DNA of 52,862 nucleotides, filler included, from Perkinsus olseni (Eukaryota): NCBI GenBank assembly GCA_013115125.1. It is 2 parts of 2 records of this genome, joined end to end, with 100 filler letters (N's around TTAATTAATTAA, not from the genome) between each part and the next. Parts side by side here need not be neighbours in the genome. Positions count along the whole stretch, not along the records: positions 26,502 to 52,862 come from JABANN010000484.1; 1 more part is not named here. One strand, 5' to 3'. Shown piece by piece: positions 46,266 to 52,862 of this stretch (position 1 is its first letter; each line of letters starts with the position of its first letter). The notes under the pieces were generated by a model. It saw only the letters and a program-made list of their open reading frames with translations, ran no database searches and was not told where the DNA came from. The position numbers and the translations under genes were made by a program.

Positions 46266-49200
46266 ATGTCCAGTACAGGTGCATTTGCCCGGCTCATCTG
46301 TTGTGTATTTATCCTCGCACTCCATGTCATACGACCTTGCTATGCCCAACGGGTTGAGGAAGAGCCAAGTGGACCCTACAAGTAATGCCATGACGATGAG
46401 GTTCTTGTCAATCGGGCGAGGTCGGGGGTGGAGTCCCAACTCATTCGGCTCTAGGGAGCGTATGGTCTTTACTGTGCCAGGTTCCTAAAGTATGTCCAGA
46501 TGGTCAATCGGATTAACGAGTTGGGTGAGCGATACCCCGATATTGTGGAGGTTTTCGATGCCTTGGAAACCTGGCCGGAAATAGCCGACTTTAGTGAAGA
46601 AGATTTGCTCTGTGGGAAGGAGACGTAATCACCGCGGGTTGGGGGGTCGCTAGCGCCACTGGATGCTTGAATGGTGTACCACTGCAATGCGATGATGTGG
46701 GAGATGTTAGTTGCCCTCTTCTGGGTGATCGAAAGGCTCTTTGTGGTCTTAGGTGCAAGTTCCTGGTCATGCGTTTGGGTAATAGGGCCCTCCAAGTGGA
46801 CACTACCCCAGAGGTGATATTGACTCCCATGTTTGGGAGGAGTTGAGATTTTCCGGTCCAGGTATTCTTTTCGGGAGAGCTCCATGGTAATGAGCGGACG
46901 GGTCCGAATGCGCTCATCGAGATGGTATCGGAGCTGGCCAGAAAGTATTACTCGGGAAGGCCCGAAGAGGAGGATACGAAGGAGGTTCGATGGTAGTACG
47001 AGGACGCGGCGAGTAGCTAACCGGCCTTGAAGTAGAAGTGATTTGGTCCTGCCTGAGTTCAAGGCGGCTAGGTCATGACCCTCGCCAGACTTGTGGATAG
47101 TCGAGGAAGCGTGATCGTTCAGGTTGATCGATCGTCGAAGCACGTACATTATACCCATGACCAATCCATATGGCTACTACCATAGTGTCCGGTTTGAGAA
47201 GTTCCGCCAACGCGACGCGAACAGGGACTTCCCGTACCAGCAGAAGGGTTGCATGGTCACTATCACTGCGAGAGTCGTCAACGAGCTTTATCGAAGGTAA
47301 TCAGCCCGATCAGAGATCCGTCGTAACTTGTGGAGGTAGAGTGTGAGCTGGCCAATGACTCAGGCACCTGTTCCAGCTCTCTGTCACTTTCCATGGTGGG
47401 GTGAGGGTACTTTCTTACGCATGGGGTAGCAACAACCATAAGGCTGCGGGGAAGAGTACTAATGCGCCTGATCTGGCGGCTGTCGTGGACGTGGCGAGTC
47501 TCATGCGGGTAGTACGGGGTTAATATCTGGCCGTGTTGCTCCTCTTGAGTCGAGCCCCACAGTTTAAGGCGAATGAGTTCACCGGACTATTTTTTAGGAA
47601 TCCGCGGGTCGCACAACCGAGGGCGACTTTTGGTACCCGATGGGGACAATGACGGACACAGTGTACGCTGTCGACGGCGGCATGGAGGTAGCCACTGGGG
47701 TATCTCTCCGTGGTTTTCTCGTGAGTGTTCATGCGTCGTTGGGTAGGACTGGTCGTACGGCGCTGGCTTCGAAGACCAGCCCGATCCGATCAACCAGTGT
47801 GAGCCGACCACGTACGGTGGCTATCCCCGGGAGAGGACAGACTACTCCAAGTTCAAAAACATCAGGTTGGAAGGCGGCCGACTGGCGTCTTGCCACTGTC
47901 ACTCGTCAGGTCCCTTACGTACTTGGTGGAGATGTCGGATTTGCACACCCCTAAGGTCGAGACTCTTGGTAGCAAGGAGGATATGTGGACTCAGAGACCC
48001 GACCTTGGTAGGGAGGGGTGCAGTTGGGCCGACTATCATGCTCTCATCATCATCAGCGAATCACATTAATCGGAATGCCCACCTATCCATGAGCGTGATG
48101 GAGATGGTCGCGCCATCGATCATGTGGCGTATTGGTGACGGCGAGGTGGTCCAGGATGGAAAGTTGAGGAATATTTCCTGGTAGGTGAGCCTCTTACTAT
48201 TGCCTTCACTGGCTTTGGAACGAGCTTTCATGTCGATGTACAGAGATAGTTTGCTCGGTAGGTACGCCCTGGGCTGTAGTCACGTGGACGCTTTGGAGGT
48301 GTGGTTGCTCCCCGGGGCCTGCTCGGCTGACCCTGAGACTATGCTTGGCCTCGGTGCAACGCGACAGTGGCCGCCAGATGGAGCCTACCGTATCGAAGGT
48401 GCTCAGTTCTCTAACGTAACACAGGCGGCGCTTGGCGTAGTTGCCATTGCCTTCCCGCAGGTTACATGCAGGCATCTGTCACTGTGGGACAAAGAGAAGG
48501 CGCAAAGCGATGCTAATGTGCAGAAACTAGATGGTCTAATTGTACCTGAGGTAGCACTCTATCAATTGGCCAGCACCTGGTTCGCGGTGGAACGGTACAA
48601 TTGTTGCATCTCAGTCGCTTCCACGTGGCGAGTACTGTCTCGCTGCAGTGGCAGAGTTTGACAAGAGTTGGAATAGGACAGACTCCCCAGACCCGAACGT
48701 GCCACCGTGGAGCCATTTGGTCAACAGCCGGGTTCAGGACCAGTACTCGTGGCAATGTGAAGGGCCATCACGGTAACGTCCCCAGCGGCTCCTATTGGGC
48801 GAACTTATTGTTGCGTGCGTCAGGATCGAGGCCAGTCGACGGCGGCTGTACGGGGCGACGCCTTCGAGTCCCAGCCTCAAGATAGGGAGCGCTACTCGGC
48901 CCACGGAAGGAGAGATCCCAGAGTTGTTGATCGAGACGGCTGCACCTGTCACCACCCCAACGAAGGCGGCATGGCAACCGGTCTATCTTACTATGGTGTT
49001 TTTGAGGATGCCCTCTAGGGTTCCGATGATGGTCGAGATCGACGCGGCTGGCAAGAGAGGGTCGCTGCGAGCTAAGCCGGTCGGGAATCAGCGGGCGGCT
49101 CGAGGCACTTACTTGCTGGCACTTCACGAACTCGGTGATCGGACCAACAGGGGCCGGAAGACTGAGCTGCTCACAGTGGACGTGGAGAGACGGGATCAGA

Positions 49201-50051
49201 GCATTGATGAGGAGTTTTCGTTCGGTGATATTAGCGGAGCGGAGCTCTCGGGCCGCGGAATGGTTTTGGAGTGGTACCCGAGGAAGTTGCGGACTGGCGG
49301 AGGTAATGTAGCCGACGGTGGGAAGGACTACGCTTGGGCTGTCATACCGAAGATTGCCGGTGGAATCGATCCGCAGCCCGACGCTGACTTGCTTTGCGAA
49401 TGGTCGGATGGCCAGGGCTATGCGGAAGTTGTGTCCAAGGACGTCGAGGGTGTCTTGTGCGGGGTTAACAGAACTCGCGCGCCAGTCGAGGTTCGGGCAA
49501 ATTGCTGTACTCACCTTCTTACTGCGGGAGAGCCCTTTGGAGTGTCGATGGATGAGACGAAGAAGTTGGCCGTCAACTTCAGGTTCGGCGAGGCTGGCAG
49601 GAGCGCGTGTAGGGCGTGCTCCGTTGGCGACAAGCTCACGTTGCGCTTGGCTCATTCCGACCACAGGGAGTGTGTGCTGGGCCGCTTCTCCGCCGAGGAC
49701 AGTGAGCTTGCCGGCGAGGTCGATTGCAGTGCCTTGAAAGCTCATATTGGCAGCTCGGTTGCCGTCACAGGAGTAGCTTCTAACTTTGCTTCACTATTGA
49801 TGATTTTTGGTGCTCTCTCGATCGTGTGCTGCCCCTTGACATGGTGTATCGGTAAATATCGGCGCCAGCGCAGGGAGAAGGGTGGCTGGCGGAGGCTCGG
49901 AGGGGATCGAGAGATGGCATCTCTTGGAGAGCTTGATGACGAAGGGTCTCTGGTGGAAAGCCCTCTGGAGTCCCCGCATGGCGGTGTTTTCACTGACAGC
50001 GAAGATTCAGGGATCTCGGACCGTGGACTGAGTCGAGGCCCCAAGGAATAA
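46266..50051 (+). CDS. M14 zinc carboxypeptidase with signal peptide and probable C-terminal TM anchor, multi-exon
   Basis: MSSTGAFARLICCVFILALHVIRPCYA; FFSGELHGNE (HxxE), IIPMTNPYG, DANRDFP, SVTFHGG, YAVDGGME-DWSYG; linkage to terminal exon ~48820-50051 (TM then KYRRQRR) is inferred. Confidence 0.85.
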
Positions 50052-50933
50052 GTTGCCATATTTGCAATCATTGGTGTGTCCATTTCTGCTACTGTTTCTG
50101 AACATCAACTGAAGTAGTGTTGGTAATAGCTGGCGCTTGGGGTCGAGGATTCTCAGGGCTTTCGGGGGAGAATTACTACGACTCGCGTCCTTCGTCAGCC
50201 TTTATTGGAAGAACTATTGCAGCCAAAAGTTGCCTAGTGGCGACTGGTCTATTATGCTTTGGCTAGAGATCACCGTCGTTCCCACACTTGTCGTCCTGAG
50301 TCGGGTATCAGAAGCGGATGGCCCCAGGGTTACAAAGTTCGCCATTAATCCGCAGGCTAGTGTTGATAGCGCTGACGAAGGTAGGGCCGTTCTCTGCTCC
50401 GACTGCTCGTACGCTACGCATCATCAGATGGATGCTGTAACTTCGTGTTGAGTGTAACTGAGTGGCCGTGCAATGGCTGGTGACGTCAAACTGATTGCTT
50501 CCGCGCTGAATGAGGGCTCCCGCGTATATCGTTAGATTGGCGTGTGCAGTCCCAGACTCCTATGCCGTTCTTAGAGATACTTCTGGATGTGGGTGAGGCA
50601 AGAGCCACACCAACGACTACAACTCCCATCCCTTCTGCAACCACGAGTGAGTCACCTCGGATTCTTTGATCCACAGCAGACAATGCCAGCCGAAATGGAC
50701 TTCACAGTACTCGGTGCGGCTGGCTATGAAATTTCTCAAATTTCTGAAATTTCTCCTCTTATTAGCAGCTAATGAGAGACCCGAATTTGCAGAGTGAAAT
50801 TTAAATTCTTCGTTTGTATCGTAGACCACTGCCTCCGCGGTCTTCGAGGAACGTCTCCTCAGAAAGTCTTGGAGAGGCACAGATTAGGATGCACTCCGGA
50901 GGGTATACCGAACACGGTTCGTGAACTGATAGA

Positions 50934-51015
50934 CGACAGCGGCAGGATTCGAACCTGCGCGGGCAGAGCCCAGTGGATTTCTAGTCCACCTCCTTAACCA
51001 CTCGGACACGCTGTC
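50934..51015 (-). tRNA. tRNA-Ser(AGA)
   Basis: GACAGCGTGTCCGAGTGGTTAAGGAGGTGGACT-AGA-AATCCACTGGGCTCTGCCCGCGCAGGTTCGAATCCTGCCGCTGTCG; 82 nt with long variable arm. Confidence 0.97.
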
Positions 51016-51160
51016 GTTGCGTGACATACTCGTGATAGGCTATGGATCATGGTATGGTCATTATGTTGGAGGGCGACATCAAATTCCTTACCATTTGGCT
51101 ACTCACGCAATACCATTATGCTTCGCGATGTCGTCACCACCTGTGGATTCAACATGAATT

Positions 51161-52862
51161 ATGATGAACGATCGGACTTTCTTCGTACAAACCGCTGCTT
51201 CAGCTCGACCAGCAGACCCCAGTGTAACATCGACAAGCTTGATAACAACAACAGCGACGATGACGGCTTCGACTACAACCACAACAACGACAACGACTGG
51301 TAAGGCACAGCAGAGCTGGGTACTCTGATGAATGGCCGATCGATTGGGATTCGAGTCGTTCGAGGGTGTCTCTGCGTACATTTGAGTGACGACCATCATC
51401 GGGAGCGGTATGCGGTCCCTGAGTATTCTGTCCATTGCAGATCGCCGAGGCTTCAGAGGAGAGTTTCTGTCTGACTTATCCATAGGTGAGTCCCACTCGC
51501 TGAGTGTGTGTCGCGGCTCCACTTGATACCTCTGGGTGCCTCCTTCCCCGCAAGTCTCTTGTAGCCGCGCAGCCAGTCGGTGAGCTTTTTCCTGTCAGAA
51601 CACTCTTCGATGTTCGGCATCGGTGACAACACCAACGTGTTCTGCAACACTCGCTGCCAGCGAGCTCGATTCGAGAAGATACTGAGTAAGGCAAATGAGT
51701 TTCGAATCTGTACCATCCAAATGCAATCCTACGCCAGTCTGTTCGTGGTCAGTCGAAGGCTCCTTGTCTCAGGCCTCACCACCTAGCGAGGGTTGCCAAG
51801 GCCAACATGTCCTTGTTGATCACGTCTACGCTAATGGCGTTGTGGTTCAAGAAGCTTGCATGTTGAGTTCGGCGGATGTATCCTGGTTGTTTCTTTTCAT
51901 AGCCGTACTCGCAAGCATCACCGCGCTAACAATGCCTCTCTGCGTATACCTGGCAGTGGACAGGCCGGTTCTTCCTGTACTGGTCATCGTCCTATCACTT
52001 CTCAGCTATTACTCCTCTTTTCAAAATATTGTATTGATTGTGTCTCGCCGCTGCCTTCCGAGTGGGAGAAGACCCATGCTCCGCATCCTCGTTGCACTCG
52101 GGTTGATGTGCAGCAGCCAGTTTGCCTCGGTGGAGTCGATCCGACTCTCGTTCCCGTGGTACAGGCCACCGAGTGGTTCATACTGGGGAGGAGGAGGAGG
52201 AGGATTCTCTCTATTCGGCGGTTCTAAATGTGAGCTTTTTGAAACGGCTGCCCTCTAGCCTCTAGATCATGTTCGCTGACCTCGTTGAGCGGTCTTCCGA
52301 TGCTTGTCTCACAAGAGCTCGTGGTAGTCTTCCTTTGCACATTTTGAGGCCTGGTGAACGAGCATTCCGTGAGCGCAAGTTTTTGGATGCGTTCCACGTT
52401 CATCGCTGTCCCATGCGCATTAAAGACCCGTCGACGCCCGATCGCTGCAGCACTGAGCGATTTTGAGAATCGCTGTCAGATATTCCTACAACAACGGCTC
52501 CACCGAAGACTACTACAACCACCACCACTACCACGACCACCACTAAGCCCATAAGTAAGAGGGCTTCTCTGGTTGAGATTGGACAGTTTGTGATGTTGGC
52601 AAAACGTATCTTGGCGCTACCTCTTTCGCTCCTAGGCTACTGGCGTGAGCAATTGCGCCAGTAGGGTAGACTTTGGTGAGCCGCGTTAGACGTATGTTGC
52701 GCGGGGTGCACGGTGGCCCATGTTGCATAGTCCTTCGCTGGCACGAGTGGGACTCTGGAGGCTGATGTCTCATTTCAGGCAAAGGCCTATGGGAAGACCA
52801 GGCATCATATTACGCCTACCACGATCGATGCGACTTGGGAACCACAGAGACCATCAAATTGA
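51161..52862 (+). CDS. One or two multi-exon mucin-like (Thr-rich) genes, partial
   Basis: Exons VTSTSLITTTATMTASTTTTTTTTT (donor ~51300) and IPTTTAPPKTTTTTTTTTTTTKPI (donor ~52554); signal-like MLRILVALGLMC at 52076. Confidence 0.45.

Noticed and set aside
48792-49745. 317-aa antisense ORF (also antisense ORFs over subtilisin and the bromodomain gene)
   Set aside because: Shadow frames of GC-rich coding sequence with no independent features.

Overview
Eukaryotic genomic window with short GT-AG introns; gene content and style suggest a Perkinsus-like alveolate (inference). The left half (~0.8-28 kb) is an accessory region after the 3' end of an MSH6-like gene. It carries six intronless 50-67 aa secreted six-cysteine peptide genes, five in an A-B-A-B-A tandem array; four are absent from the ORF track. 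It also has a secreted beta-rich gene, two disabled paralogues of another secreted protein, a MITE, an assembly linker gap and, just beyond, an intronless subtilisin. The right half is gene-dense: kinesin with a probably intronic tRNA-Gly, two Cys-rich secreted paralogues, a membrane protein, a BET-like bromodomain protein, Pho88/SND3, an M14 carboxypeptidase, tRNA-Ser and a mucin-like gene. The most striking non-genic signal is a stereotyped 22-bp '7-8-7' scar: an 8-mer minus its last base, the inverted 8-mer, then the 8-mer minus its first base. It occurs at least 17 times, several with the ancestral single 8-mer visible in a paralogous copy, as expected from hairpin-mediated excision of 8-bp-TSD (hAT-like) transposons.
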